Shown one piece after another: positions 49,906-62,872 of a stretch of DNA of 64,000 bases; positions within the stretch are counted from its first letter, which is position 1; each line of letters starts with the position of its first letter. The notes under the pieces are model-generated. The model was not told the origin of the DNA. It did not search any database and worked only from the letters and a program-made list of their open reading frames with translations. Location of the stretch: contig OZ218950.1 in assembly GCA_965112735.1 (NCBI GenBank), positions 682,001-746,000 of the forward strand, read 5' to 3'. The stretch comes from Phaeosaccion multiseriatum. Taxonomy: Eukaryota; Protista; Ochrophyta, other classes. The position numbers and the translations under genes are program-made.

Positions 49906-51085
49906 CTAAATCCCAAGTCCCGAGGTATCAGCAGCAGGGCCCTCCACACGCACGCACGCTCGCAGCGCCTTCCGTCCGCGACTCTTCTTCTCACTCGCCG
50001 TCACCATGCTCTCCTCCAGCACCGTCCACTCCTCCTTCAGCTTGTCGTCATCATCATCCTTCCCTACTTCTCCTGAGCGATAGCGGTGGTAGGCAGACAC
50101 AAAGCCTCGGATCGTGCTCTCCAGGCTCGCCCCCTTCCTCTTTGTGCGCACAGCGAGGTGGGGCAGCAGCAACACTTTACTCCGGCCCACAGCCACCACC
50201 ACGCCATTCGATAGCTCCCTGCCCCGACGGCCGCAGAAGGCCGTGGCAGCTTCAGCCCCGACGGCCGCAGAAGGCCGTGGCAGCTTCAGCCCCGCCATCT
50301 TCCAGCCCTCTCCACAGGTCGCAGGGCAGTTGAATCTCGTCCCCGACATGAAGCCCCAGCCCCGAAAGCAAACCCACCCCATTCCCATCCTCCAGTGCCT
50401 CCTTCCTCTCCTCCCCTCCCCCAGGCATTGAAGGGGCGCATTTTGCCCTCTTGCTTCCTCTCCCATTGATGTCCTCCGCAGCTCCTCGCTTGGGCACAGG
50501 CGTACAACGGGCAATCTCCTCCTTCTGCTCCGCTCCCTCCCTCTTCACTCGTGCATGCCTCTTGCACATCCCACCTTGCTGCCGTTGCTTTTCGCACCCC
50601 TCAACAGTACACCTCTTCCGTACCACCACCGCTCCGTGAGCCAGGCAAAGTCCTCCTCGGATCCGTACCTTATCGCACCCCTCAACAGTACACCTCTTCC
50701 GCACAGCTCCATGGGCCTGGCAAAGTCCTCCTTGGACCCGTACCTTGTCGCACCCCTCAACAGTACACCTCTTCCGCACAGCTCCATGCCTCAGGCACAT
50801 CCCACCTTGGACCCGATGCGTGTCGCACCCCTCTACAGAACACCTCTTCACCACAGCCCCGTGGGCCAGGCAAAGTCCTCCCTGTTTCGACTGCTTCTCG
50901 CACCCCTCAACAGTACACCTCTTCCGTACCATCACAGCTCCATGGCCCTGGCAAAGTCCTCCTTGGACCCGATGCTTGTCGCACCCCTCCACAGAACACC
51001 CCTTCACCACAGCCCCGTGGGCCAGGCAAAGTCCTCCCTGTTTCGACTGCTTCTCGCACCCCTCAACAGTACATCTCTTCCGCAT
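49906..51085 (-). pseudogene. Tandem zinc-finger paralog, 7 fingers; C-terminal region frameshifted by a 34-bp tandem duplication
   Basis: gccccgacggccgcagaaggccgtggcagcttca is duplicated at 50221-50288, giving a stop at 50252. The rest of the C-terminus is in ORF 49906-50514. Confidence 0.75.
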
Positions 51086-51590
51086 TCTCACAACTCCGCG
51101 CCCTTGAAAACAATCCTCCTTGCACCTCCTTCGCGTTTCTTCAAAAGAATACAAGTGCTCCCCCGTGGACAAGAAGGCTCTTACAGCCCTTCCTTCACTG
51201 TCTGTCGTGGTCAAGAGGAGAGAGAGAAGTCGAATGCTTATGTGCCAAGTTGAAGGCCTCCAACCCGCGCATCGGCTGAAGACAAAGGAGGATAGATTCC
51301 CTTGCGTCCAGCCCAAGTCTTGGAGAAGAGGAGGAGAGAAGGTTGTAAAAGAGGATAATCAAAAGAGGGAAGAGAGGGGAATTTCTTAAGGGATGGAGGG
51401 AGAGAAACAACAAACAAAATGAAGGCGCTTTTTTTTTTAAATTTCAGCGTATTGGATCTGGACGAGGAGCCCAGCTCGGAGTCCCACAGAGCAAGCACTC
51501 CCGACGGTCGGTTCTTGGGGCTTTACGAGGCCCAAAGACTGAGGACGATACAACGCTTGCCTTGTGTCAAGAACAAGAGCTTCCTCACAA

Positions 51591-52657
51591 CTACTCTTCC
51601 GGCTGCCCATCTGCTGCTACTGCCGCTGTATCACCAACTGCTGTATCACCACCACTGGCGAGGGCGGCCTTGTGATCATGGAGGTGTATAACGGCCTTCC
51701 CGTCGTCCACGTGTCCCTTCATCAGGCAAATTACCTCCCCATGCGGCCACGTGTTGCTCAGACCGGCTACCAGCTGGGGCAGGATGGGATGGCAGTGGAT
51801 GGGGATGACGGGACGGGGGGGGGGGGGGCAAAGGGGAAACAAAGGGGGGCGGGGGGGGAGGGGCGAAGGAGAGAGAGGATGAGTGCTTTCACTTCGAGGT
51901 GGAAGAGAAGGACATGGAGGGTGCGAGAGAGAGAGAGTTATCCCTCCATCATACAACTGCCGACGGCTTAGCGCTAAGCAGGTGGTGATACATAGCATAT
52001 GCATTGTAGTTGGTGATACATTACATGCGCTAACATGAGTCTACCCAGGCTTAAAGAAAGACTACATACCTCGCCAAGGAAGGAGCGCAGCGCGGCCCCG
52101 CACGTACTTGCCGCGGGCCATCCACTGCCATCCCCCTCCCCCTCCTCCCCCTCCTCCTCCTCCTCCTCCTCCTCCTCCTCCTCCTCCTCCTCCTCCTCCT
52201 CCTCCTCCTCCTCCTCCTCCTCCTCCTCCTCCTCCTCCTCCTCCTCCTCCTCCTCCTCCTCCTCCTCCTCCTCCTCCTCCTCCTCCTCCTCCTCCTCCTC
52301 CTCCTCCTCCTCCTCCTCCTCCTCCTCCTCCTCCTCCTCCTCCTCCTCCTCCTCCTCCTCCTCCTCCTCCTCCTCCTCCTCCTCCTCCTCCTCCTCCTCC
52401 TCCTCCTCCTCCTCCTCCTCCTCCTCCTCCTCCTCCTCCTCCTCCTCCTCCTCCTCCTCCTCCTCCTCCTCCTCCTCCTCCTCCTCCTCCTCCTCCTCCT
52501 CCTCCTCCTCCTCCTCCTCCTCCTCCTCCTCCTCCCCCGCCCCTGTGTCCACGCTCTCGGTGACCATGGCTATCCCCCCGCAGCAACGCTGTCGGCCACA
52601 CGCGCGAGGGCTTCCCAGAAGTCGAACAGCGTCACGACTCCGTTCTGGGGTGGGCAA

Positions 52658-52689
<32 letters not shown>

Positions 52690-53812
52690 AGACGACGCAT
52701 GCCCCATGATTTGCATGACATGCATAGATTCATTGAGGTTAGGGGTACAGCAGCAGTTGGTGATACAGCAGCAAGAATACTCATGAGGGGAGAAGTAAGG
52801 TTCCTCCCTCTCTCCCTCTCTCCCTCCCTCCCTCCCTCCCTCCCTCCCTCCCTCTCTCCCTCTCTCACTCCCTCCCTCCCTCCCCTCCCTCCCTCCCCTC
52901 CCTCCCCCCCCCCCTCTCTCTCTCTCTCTCTCACCTCGTCTCTATCCCTAAGCTCGTCCACCACATAGAGCCTGCTTGCGAGGAAGCACTCCTTGGCCAC
53001 ACTCGGGTCCAAGCGGTCGGGGCCGATGCCTGCGTGGGCGAGTAAGCTGTGCAGCAGGTGGTGATACTGCAGTCACAGAACACGCACGACACCAACGTTC
53101 AGCATACCATTCGATTCAATCATTTCGAAGCAGGGCGAAGCAAGCAAGTGGGCAGGGCAGAGTAGCGATGAGCGGCAGGGGGGATTCAGAGCGGCTCTTG
53201 CACTGCTTTCAGAGCACATTCACAGAGTCAGAGCCTCAGACTGCTCGACCGAAATGGTCTTGAGACAAGCGGTCGCCTAAGGGTTTGAGTTTGAGTTTAA
53301 AGGAGGGAAGCGAAGCGGACACTGACCTGCCCCAAGCGCTGCAGCACCTTTTTCACCACGCCGCGCCGCCGCCGGTCCATCTTCAGAGATAAATTGTTGA
53401 TAGGGTACACCTGTTGGTCATTCGCCATTCGGTTAGTCATTTGTTGGTTGGCTGGTTGGTCCTTCGGTTGGTGATTCGGGTGGTCGCTTGTTTGTCTTTC
53501 GGGGTAAGCAAGTCGGCCTTGTACGGAGGACGCCACAGGATACATACACACACACCCATTGACTCACTACCCACCCACCTACTGACTTGCTACATACCTT
53601 CCAGAGCGCCTCGACGAGTCCTCCGTGCTCTCTCATCACCTTGTCCACCCCCCGTGTGTATAGCCTCGCCTCTCGGTAGGCGTCATGGTCGGCCTTTGCG
53701 CTGACGGGAAGGCGCTCCTCCATGCAACACAGCAGAGCTCGCAGGCCCTGCAGAAGGCTGCTTTGGCTCTGACTCTGGCTTGAGGGAGGGAGGCTGGAGC
53801 TGCTGCAGTTGC

Positions 53813-53843
<31 letters not shown>

Positions 53844-55457
53844 GGAGGTTACGATTCCTCCCTCTCCTCCTCCTCCTCCTCCTCCTCCCACTGCCTCTTC
53901 CCCTCCTTCTACGGCTGCTGCTGCTGCTACTACCCCATTCGCCACCGACGTAGACGTGGATGTCCGGTTGGCTTTCAAAGCTGCCGCCTTCAAACCTCCT
54001 CCTCCTTTCTTGCTGGGCTGTTTCTGACTGCGATAGATGGCAGCCGATGTGCGCACGAGCACCTCGAGCCATTGGTGCTCCAAGAGGTGGGCTTCAGAGA
54101 ACTCCGCGAGGGTCTGAATGTCTTGGGTAGCCTCGCCGTCCTGGAGGGAGGGAGGGATGGAGGGGGGAGGAGGAGGAGGAGGAGGAGGAGGAGGAGGAGG
54201 AGGAGGAGGAGGAATGCGCGTGTAAAAGTGAGAGATTGGCGTCCGTGCGTGGGAGGAGGAGGAGGAGGAATGCGCGTGTAAAAGTGAGAGATTGGCGTTC
54301 GTGCGTGCCTGCGTGCGTGCGTGCGTGCGTGCGTGCGTGGGTCCTGACCTTGTTCATGACTGCGATGAAGACTCTCTCGAGCTCATTGGCAAGCTGCTTG
54401 GGGGCCTCGGGACACACACACTGCGTGAACAGCAGGAACTGGGGGGGGTATGGCAGTGGATGGGGAGGAGGAGCAGCAGGAGGAGGAGCAGCAGTTGGTT
54501 ATAGAGCAGAGTGGAAACATCCCCTTTCCTTCCTTCCTTCCTTCCTTCCTTCCTTCCCTCCTTCCTTCTGTCACTTGCTCCCGACCATTTGATGTGCTTC
54601 CATCCACTGCCATCCCTCCCCCTGCCCACCCCACCCCTCTCCCTCCCTCCCCACCCTTCCTTCTCCCTCACCTGCTCGCGACTCAATTGATATGCCCCGG
54701 ACACCGGCTCGCCCGTAGTGCCCCCTAAGCTCACAAAGTGATCAAAGGTACTTAATATCATCTTGAACGAAGCCCTCAGCACCCCCTCCACCTCCATGGA
54801 CTCCTCCTCCACGGTTGCCTCTCCACTCGAGACGCGCTTGTTGCCCGACGCCACGAACCTCCACCACCGATCGTGCATCAACACCCGGGACCAGGTCACT
54901 GTGAAACGGTGGGCCATGACCCCGTCGGCTCGGTTATACACGTCACCCGCGCCTCTCTTGCACCCTCCTCCTCCTCCTCCTGCTGCTGCTGCTGCTGCTG
55001 CTTGTGCTGTTGTATCGCCAACTGCAGCATCACTAGGTGCCCCTCTGGAGGTGATGCTGTTGCTGGAGGAGTTCTGAGCCGTGGCCTTGCGTTCCAAACC
55101 CTTCCCAGGGGCCCCTCTTACGCCGCCGTTTGTGACACTAGGACCACTGCAAGTAGTGGTCACGTTGTTGTTCGTGCTCGTGTTGGTGATACTCCCACGC
55201 CGCAGCAGACCCCCTGTGCCATCACTACCCGCCCCTGCTCGTCCGTACATGAGGCCATCCAAGGCCAGCTCCCATGGTCTGTTTGGGTCTCCTCCTCCTG
55301 CGATACCCAAGCCGCCCCCCCCCACTGCTTCGAGACCGCTCCTGGGAGGGGGGTGAACTTCAATCGGCCGTCTCTCTTCCCAGGGGGGCACGACAAAGCC
55401 GACGAAGGGGCAGGGAGGGGGGCGTGGCGCTCCCTCCCCACTCTCTCTACTGTCTCT
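51591..55457 (-). pseudogene. Copy of gene B 3' portion with frame-disrupting lesions
   Basis: 14-nt exon deletion near 53335, 1-nt loss near 52570, and a ~130-unit CCT expansion. Confidence 0.7.
52140..52533. repeat. (CCT)n microsatellite, ~130 units (poly-Glu in gene B)
   Basis: Direct inspection. Paralogous tracts at ~12745-12800, 38975-39213, 43440-43556 and 58162-58360. Confidence 0.95.
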
Positions 55458-56031
55458 CTTGTTGTGATGAGAGGAAGTCAGAGTGATAGAAGGAGCGCAG
55501 CGCGGCCCCGCACGTACTTCCCGCGGGCCATCCGCTGCCATCTCCCTCCCCCTCCTCCTCCCCCTCCTCCCCCGCCCCTGTGTCCATGGTCTATCCCCCC
55601 TCAGCAACGCCCACACGGGCGAGGGATTCGAATGAGCAACAGCGGGTCTATGGATGACTCAGGGATTAGTAGCAGCTCCTCGCACTCTCAGGAGGATGCT
55701 GGTGCCGGGCCCGTGCTGGGCAGTGCTGACTCGGAGTGAGCCCCTACCTCGCGCGAACGAAGTCTTGAGCCCTCATTTACACTCTTGTTTGTAAAGAAAC
55801 TCACTACTGCACGTGGAAATACATCAAAATTCACACACAGCACATTCAGAAGCCCCCAAGTCTCAGTTACTCGGCCCCTTCCACAGCAGTGAAGCGATGT
55901 GGGTGGCGACTGTTTTCATCAAGGTCCATCACGTGTATTGACTTACTCTACTCTTCACACCCATTGCACACACCAAGCCTCAAGCTTCACCACGGCGAAG
56001 GCGATACGGCGGACGGAAGGCCATCGGGTCA

Positions 56032-57102
56032 CTAAATCCCAAGTCCCGAGGTATCAGCAGCAGGGCCCCCCACACGCACGCACGCTCGCAGCGCCTTCCG
56101 TCCGCGCCTCTTCTTCTCACTCGCCGTCACCATGTTCTCCTCCAGCACCGCCCACTCCTCCTTCAGCTTGTCGTCATCATCATCCTCCCCTACTTCTCCT
56201 GAGCGATAGCGGTGGTAGGCAGACACAAAGCCTCGGATCGTGCTCTCCAGGCTCGCCCCCTTCCTCTTTGTGCGCACAGCGAGGTGGGGCAGCAGCAACA
56301 CTTTACTCCGGCCCACAGCCACCACCACGCCATTCGATAGCTCCCTGTCCCGACGGCCGCAGAAGGCCGTGGCAGCATCAGCCCCGCCATCTTCCAGCCC
56401 TCTCCACAGGCCACAGGGCAGTTGAATCTCGTCCCCGACATGAAGCCCCAGCCCCGCAAGCAAACCCACCCCATTCCCATCCTCGAGTGCCTCCTTCCTC
56501 TCCTCCCCTCCCCCAGGCATTGAAGGGGCGCATTTCGCCCTCTTGCTTCCTCTCCCATTGATGTCCTCCGCAGCTCCTCGCTTGGGCACAGGCGTACAAC
56601 GGGCAATCTCCTCCTTCTGCTCCGCTCCCTCCCTCTTCACTCGTGCATGCCTCAGGCACATCCCACCTTGCTTCCGCTGCTTATCGCACCCCTCAACAGT
56701 ACACCTCTTCCGCACAGCTCCATGGGCCTGGCAAAGTCCTCCTTGGATCCGCTGCTTCTTGCAACCCTCAACAGTACACCTCTTCCGTACCACCACAGCA
56801 CCGTGGGCCACGCAAAGTCCTCCTTGGACCCGATGCTTGTCGCACCCCTCAACAGTACACCCCTTCACCACAGCACCGTGCCCAAGGCAAAGTCCTCCCT
56901 GTTGCGACTGCTTCTCGCAACCCTCAACAGTACACCCCTTCCTCACAGCCCCGTGGGCCAGGCAAAGTCCCCCCTGTTGCGACTGCTTCTCACACCCCTC
57001 AACAGTACACCTCTTCACCACCATCACAGCTCCATGGCCCTGGCAAAGTCCTCCCTGTCGCGACTGCTTCTCGCACCCCTCAACAGTACACTTCTTCCGC
57101 AT
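56032..57102 (-). CDS. Tandem zinc-finger protein paralog, 6 fingers; uninterrupted
   Basis: ORF 56032-57141 with ATG (MRKKC) at 57102. Confidence 0.85.
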   Translation of the reverse strand: MRKKCTVEGCEKQSRQGGLCQGHGAVMVVKRCTVEGCEKQSQQGGLCLAHGAVRKGCTVEGCEKQSQQGGLCLGHGAVVKGCTVEGCDKHRVQGGLCVAHGAVVVRKRCTVEGCKKQRIQGGLCQAHGAVRKRCTVEGCDKQRKQGGMCLRHARVKREGAEQKEEIARCTPVPKRGAAEDINGRGSKRAKCAPSMPGGGEERKEALEDGNGVGLLAGLGLHVGDEIQLPCGLWRGLEDGGADAATAFCGRRDRELSNGVVVAVGRSKVLLLPHLAVRTKRKGASLESTIRGFVSAYHRYRSGEVGEDDDDDKLKEEWAVLEENMVTASEKKRRGRKALRACVRVGGPAADTSGLGI

Positions 57103-57629
57103 TCTCACAACTCCGCGCCCTTCAAACAATCCTCCTTGCACCTCCTTCGCGTTTCTTCAAAAGAATACAAGTGCTCCCCCGTGGACAAGAAGGCTCTTAC
57201 AGCCCTTCCTTCACTGTCTGTCGTGGTCAAGAGAAGAGAGAGAAGTCGAATGCTTATGTGCCAAGTTCAAGGCCTCCAACCCGCGCATCGGCTGAAGACA
57301 AAGGAGGATAGATCCCCTTGCGTCCAGCCCAAGTCTTGGAGAAGAGGAGGAGAGAAGGTTGTAAAAGAGGATAATCAAAAGAGGGAAGAGAGGGGAAAAT
57401 ATTTCTTAAGGGATGGGAGGGAGAGAAACAAAAAACAAAATGAAGGCCGGGCCCAATTTTTATTTTTTTTTCAATTTCAGCGTTTTGGATCTGGACGAGG
57501 AGCCCAGCTCGGAGTCCCACAGAGCTCCCCCCCGCAAACACTCTCCGAGGGGTTCGGGGCTTTACGAGGCCCAAAGACTGAGGACGATACAACGCTTGCC
57601 TTGTGTCAAGAACAAGAGCTTCCTCACAA

Positions 57630-58484
57630 CTACTCTTCCGGCTGCCCATCTGCTGCTACTGCCGCTGTATCACCAACTGCTGTGTCACCACCACTGGCGA
57701 GGGCGGCCTTGTGATCATGGAGGTGTATAACGGCCTTCCCGTCGTCCACGTGTCCCTTCATCAGGCAAATTACCTCCCCATGCGGCCACGTGTTGCTCAG
57801 ACCGGCCACCAGCTGGGGCAGGATGGGATGGCAGTGGATGGGGATGACGGGACGGGGGGGGGGGGGGCAAAGGGGAATCAAAGGGGGGCGGGGTGAGTGC
57901 TTTCACTTCGAGGTGGAAGAGAAGGACATGGAGGGAGAGAGAGAGAGAGTTATCCCTCCATCATACAACTGCCGACGGCTTAGCGCTAAGCAGGTGGTGA
58001 TACATAGCATATGCATAGTAGTTGGTGATACATTACATGCGCTAACATGAGTCTACCCAGGCTTAAAGAAAGACTACATACCTCGCCAAGGAAGGAGCGC
58101 AACGCGGCCCCGCACGTACTTCCCGCGGGCCATCCACTGCCATCCCCCTCCCCCTTCTCCCCCTCCTCTTCCTCCTCCTGCTCCTCCTCCTCCTCCTCCT
58201 CCTCCTCCTCCTCCTCCTCCTCCTCCTCCTCCTCCTCCTCCTCCTCCTCCTCCTCCTCCTCCTCCTCCTCCTCCTCCTCCTCCTCCTCCTCCTCCTTCTC
58301 CTCCTCTTCCTCCTCCTCCTCCTCCTCCTCCTCCTCCTCCTCCTCCTCCTCCCCCTCCTCCCCCGCCCCTGTGTCCACGCTCTCGGTGACCATGGTCTGT
58401 CCCCCCGCAGCAACGCTGTCGGCCACACGCGCGAGGGCTTCCCAGAAGTCGAACAGCGTCAGGACTCCGTTCTGGGGTGGGCAA

Positions 58485-58518
<34 letters not shown>

Positions 58519-60915
58519 AGACGACGCATGCCCCATGATTTGCATGACATGCATAGATTCATTTAGGTTAGGGGTACAGCAGCAAGAATACTCATGAGGG
58601 GAGAAGTAAGGTTCCTCCCTCCCTCCCTCCCTCCCTCTCTCCCTCCCTCCCTCCCTCTCTCCCTCTCTCCCTCCCTCCCTCCCTCCCCTCCCTCCCCTCT
58701 CCTCCCCTCCCCTCCCTCCCTCCCTCCCTCCCTCCCTCTCCCTCTCTCTCTCTCACCTCGTCTCTATCCCTAAGCTCGTCCACCACATAGAGCCTGCTTG
58801 CGAGGAAGCACTCCTTGGCCACACTCGGGTCCAAGCGGTCGGGGCCGATGCCTGCGTGGGCGAGTAAGCTGTGCAGCAGGTGGTGATACAGCAGTCACAG
58901 AACACGCACGAGACCAACGTTCAGCATTCCATTCGATCCAATCATTTCGAAGCAGGGCGAAGCAAGCAAGTGGGCAGGGCAGAGTAGCGATGAGCGGCAG
59001 GGGGGATTCAGAGCGGCTCTTTCACAGCTTTCAGAGCACATTCACAGTGTCAGAGCCTCAGACTGCTCGACGGAAATGGTCTTGAGACAAGCGGTCGCCT
59101 AAGGGTTTGAGTTTGAGTGTAAAGGACGGAAGCGAAGCGGACACTGACACTGGCCGCTGGACATGACATGAGCACTGACACTGGCAGGCAACTGCCCCGG
59201 CCATTCCACGTTCCACTGGCACTGGGTCCTGGCACTGGCCAAGGCACTGACACTGGACACTGACCTGCCCCAGTCCGTGAGTGAGAAGCGCTGCAGCACC
59301 TTTTTCACCACGCCGCGCCGCCGCCGGTCCATCTTCGGAGATAAATTGTTGATAGGGTACACCTGTTGGTCATTCGCCATTCGGTTAGTCATTTGTTGGT
59401 TGGCTGGTTGGTCCTTCGGTTGGTGATTCGGGTGGTCGCTTGTTTGTCTTTCGGGGTAAGCAAGTCGGCCTTGTACGGAGGACGCCACAGGATACACACA
59501 CACACACCCATTGACTCACTACCCACCCACCTACTGACTTGCTACATACCTTCCAGAGCGCCTCGACGAGTCCTCCGTGCTCTCTCATCACCTTGTCCAC
59601 CCCCCGTGTGTATAGCCTCGCCTCTCGGTAGGCGTCATGGTCGGCCTTTGCGCTGACGGGAAGGCGCTCCTCCATGCAACACAGCAGAGCTCGCAGGCCC
59701 TGCAGAAGGCTGCTTTGGCTCCGACTCTGGCTTGAGGGAGGGAGGCTGGAGCTGCCACAGTTGCTGTTGTTGTTGTTGTTGTTGGAGGTTACGATTCCTC
59801 CCTCTCCTCCTCCTCCTCCTCCTCCTCCCACTGCCTCTTCCCCTCCTTCTACGGCTGCTGCTGCTACTACTACCCCATTCGCCACCGACGTAGACGTGGA
59901 TGTCCGGTTGGCTTTCAAGGCTGCCGCCTTCAAACTTCCTCCTCCTTTCTTGCTGAGCTGTTTCTGACTGCGGTAGATGGCAGCAGATGTGCGCACGAGC
60001 ACCTCGAGCCATTGGTGCTCCAAGAGGTGGGCTTCAGAGAACTCCGCGAGGGTCTGAATGTCTTGGGTAGCCTCGCCGTCCTGGAGGAAGGGAGGGATGG
60101 AGGGGGGAGGAGGAGGAGGAGGAGGAGGAGGAGGAATGCGCGTGTAGAAGTGAGAGATTGGCGTTCGTGCGTGCGTGCGTGCGTGCGTGCGTGGGTCCTG
60201 ACCTTGTTCATGACTGCGATGAAGACTCTCTCGAGCTCATTGGCAAGCTGCTTGGGGGCCTCGGGACACACACACTGCGTGAACAGCAGGAACTGGGGGG
60301 GGTATGGCAGTGGATGGGGAGGAGGAGCAGCAGGAGGAGGAGCAGCAGTTGGTTATAGAGCAGAGTGGAAACATCCCCTTTCCTTCCTTCCATCCTTCCT
60401 TCCTTCCTTCCTTCCTTCCTTCCTTCCTTCCTTCCTTCCTTCCTTCCATCCATCCTTCCTTCCTTCCTTCCTTCCTTCCTTTCTTTCTTTCTTTCTTCTG
60501 TCACTTGCTCCCGACCATTTGATGTGCTCCCATCCACTGCCATCCCTCCCCCTGTCCACCCCTCTCCCTCCCTCCCTCTCTCCCCACCCTTCCTTCTCCC
60601 TCACCTGCTCGCGACTCAATTGATATGCCCCGGACACCGGCTCGCCCGTAGTGCCCCCTAAGCTCACAAAGTGATCAAAGGTACTTAATATCATCTTGAA
60701 CGAAGCCCTCAGCACCCCCTCCACCTCCATGGACTCCTCCTCTACGGTTGCCTCTCCACTCGAGACGCGCTTGTTGCCCGACGCCACGAACCTCCACCAC
60801 CGATCGTGCATCAACACCCGGGACCAGGTCACTGTGAAACGGTGGGCCATGACCCCGTCGGCTCGGTTATACACGTCACCCGCGCCTCTCTTGCACCCTC
60901 CTCCTCCTCCTCCTC

Positions 60916-60947
<32 letters not shown>

Positions 60948-61399
60948 TGTGCTGTTGTATCGCCAACTGCAGCATCACTAGGTGCCCCTCTGGAGGTGAT
61001 GCTGTTGCTGGAGGAGTTCTGAGCCGTGGCCTTGCGTTCCAAACCCTTCCCAGGGGGCCCTCTTACGCCGCCGTTTGTGACAATAGGACCACTGCAAGTA
61101 GTGGTCACGTTATTGTTCGTGCTCGTGTTGGTGATACTCCCACGCCGCAGCAGACCCCCTGAGCCATCACTACCCGCCCCTGCTCGTCCGTACATGAGGC
61201 CATCCAAGGCCAGCTCCCATGGTCTGTTTGGGTCTCCTCCTGCGATACCCAAGCCTCCCCCCCCCACTGCTTCGAGACCGCTCCTGGGAGGGGGGTGAAC
61301 TTCAATCGGCCGTCTCTCTTCCCAGGGGGGCACGACAAAGCCGACGAAGGGGCAGGGAGGGGGGCGTGGCGCTCCCTCCCCACTCTCTCTACTGTCTCT
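57630..61399 (-). pseudogene. Copy of gene B 3' portion
   Basis: Colinear with 12223-15882. Confidence 0.7.
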
Positions 61400-61973
61400 C
61401 TTGTTGTGATGAGAGGAAGTCAGAGTGATAGAAGGAGCGCAGCGCGGCCCCGCACGTACTTCCCGCGGGCCATCCGCTGCCATCTCCCTCCCCCTCCTCC
61501 TCCCCCTCCTCCCCCGCCCCTGTGTCCATGGTCTATCCCCCCTCAGCAACGCCCACACGGGCGAGGGATTCGAATGAACAACAGCGTGTCTATGGATGAC
61601 TCAGGGATTAGTGGCAGCTCCTCTCACTCTCAGGAGGATGCTGGTGCCGGGCCCGTGCTGGGCGGTGCTGACTCGGAGTGAGCCCCTACCTCGCGCGAAC
61701 GAAATCTTGAGCCCTCATTTACACTCTTGTTTGTAAAGAAGCTCACCACTGCACGTGGAAATACATCAAAATTCACACACACCACGTTCATAAGCCCCCA
61801 AGTCACAGTTACTCGGCCCCTTCCACAGCAGTGAAGCGATGTGGGTGGCGACTGTTTTCATCAAGGTCCATCACGTGTACTGACTTACTCTACTCTTCAC
61901 ACCCACTGTACGAAACAAGCCCCAAGCTTCACCACGGCGAAGGCGATACGGCGGACGGAAGGCCATCGGGTCA

Positions 61974-62872
61974 CTAAATCCCAAGTCCCGAGGTATCAGC
62001 AGCAGGGCCCTCCACACGCACGCACGCTCGCAGCGCCTTCCGTCCGCGACTCTTCTTCTCACTCGCCGTCACCATGCTCTCCTCCAGCACCGCCCACTCC
62101 TCCTTCAGCTTGTCGCCATCATCATCCTTCCCTACTTCTCCTGAGCGATAGCGGCGGTAGGCAGACACAAAGCCTCGGATCGTGCTCTCCAGGCTCGCCC
62201 CCTTCCTCTTTGTGCGCACAGCGAGGTGGGGCAGCAGCAACACTTTACTCCGCTCCACAGCCACCACCACGCCATTCGATAGCTCCCTGCCCCGACGGCC
62301 GCAGAAGGCCGTGGCAGCATCAGCCCCGCCATCTTCCAGCCCTCTCCACAGGCCACAGGGCAGTTGAATCTCGTCCCCGACATGAAGCCCCAGCCCCGCA
62401 AGCAAACCCACCCCATTCCCATCCTCCAGTGCCTCCTTCCTCTCCTCCCCTCCCCCAGGCATTGAAGGGGCGCATTTTGCCCTCTTCCTTCCTCTCCCAT
62501 TGATGTCCTCCGCAGCTCCTCGCTTGGGCACAGGCGTACAACGGGCAATCTCCTCCTTCTGCTCCGCTCCCTCCCTCTTCACTCGTGCATGCCTCAGGCA
62601 CATCCCATCTAGCTTCCGTTGCTTTTCGCACCCCTCAACAGTACACCTCTTCCGTACCACCACCGCTCCGTGAGCCAGGCAAAGTCCTCCTCGGACCCCT
62701 ACCTTATCGCACCCCTCAACAGTACACCTCTTCCGTACCACCACAGCTCCATGGGCCTGGCAAAGTCCTCCTTGGACCCGCTGCTTGTCGCACCCCTCAA
62801 CAGTACACCTCTTAACGACAGCTCCATGGGCCAGGCAAAGTCCTCCCTGTTGCGACTGCTTCTCGCACCCCT
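61974..62872 (-). pseudogene. 3' part of a zinc-finger paralog interrupted by copy J
   Basis: Fingers QSQQ (split), QRVQ, VGVR and QRKL plus an intact C-terminal region in ORF 61974-63359. Confidence 0.85.

Larger units (their letters stand above)
11546..62872. repeat. Head-to-tail segmental array of the host unit (gene C end / zinc-finger gene / gene B 3' part); boundaries near 16040, 40450, 46700, 49490, 55620 and 61560
   Basis: The same ORFs and intergenic sequences recur in order, with uninterrupted unit lengths of ~6.2, 2.8, 6.1 and 5.9 kb. Confidence 0.9.

Noticed and set aside
52035-52709. Poly-Ser, poly-Pro, poly-Gly and poly-Leu ORFs, and the PSFL/GRKE ORFs near 14428-15153
   Set aside because: These are translations of (CCT)n and (CCTT)n microsatellites.
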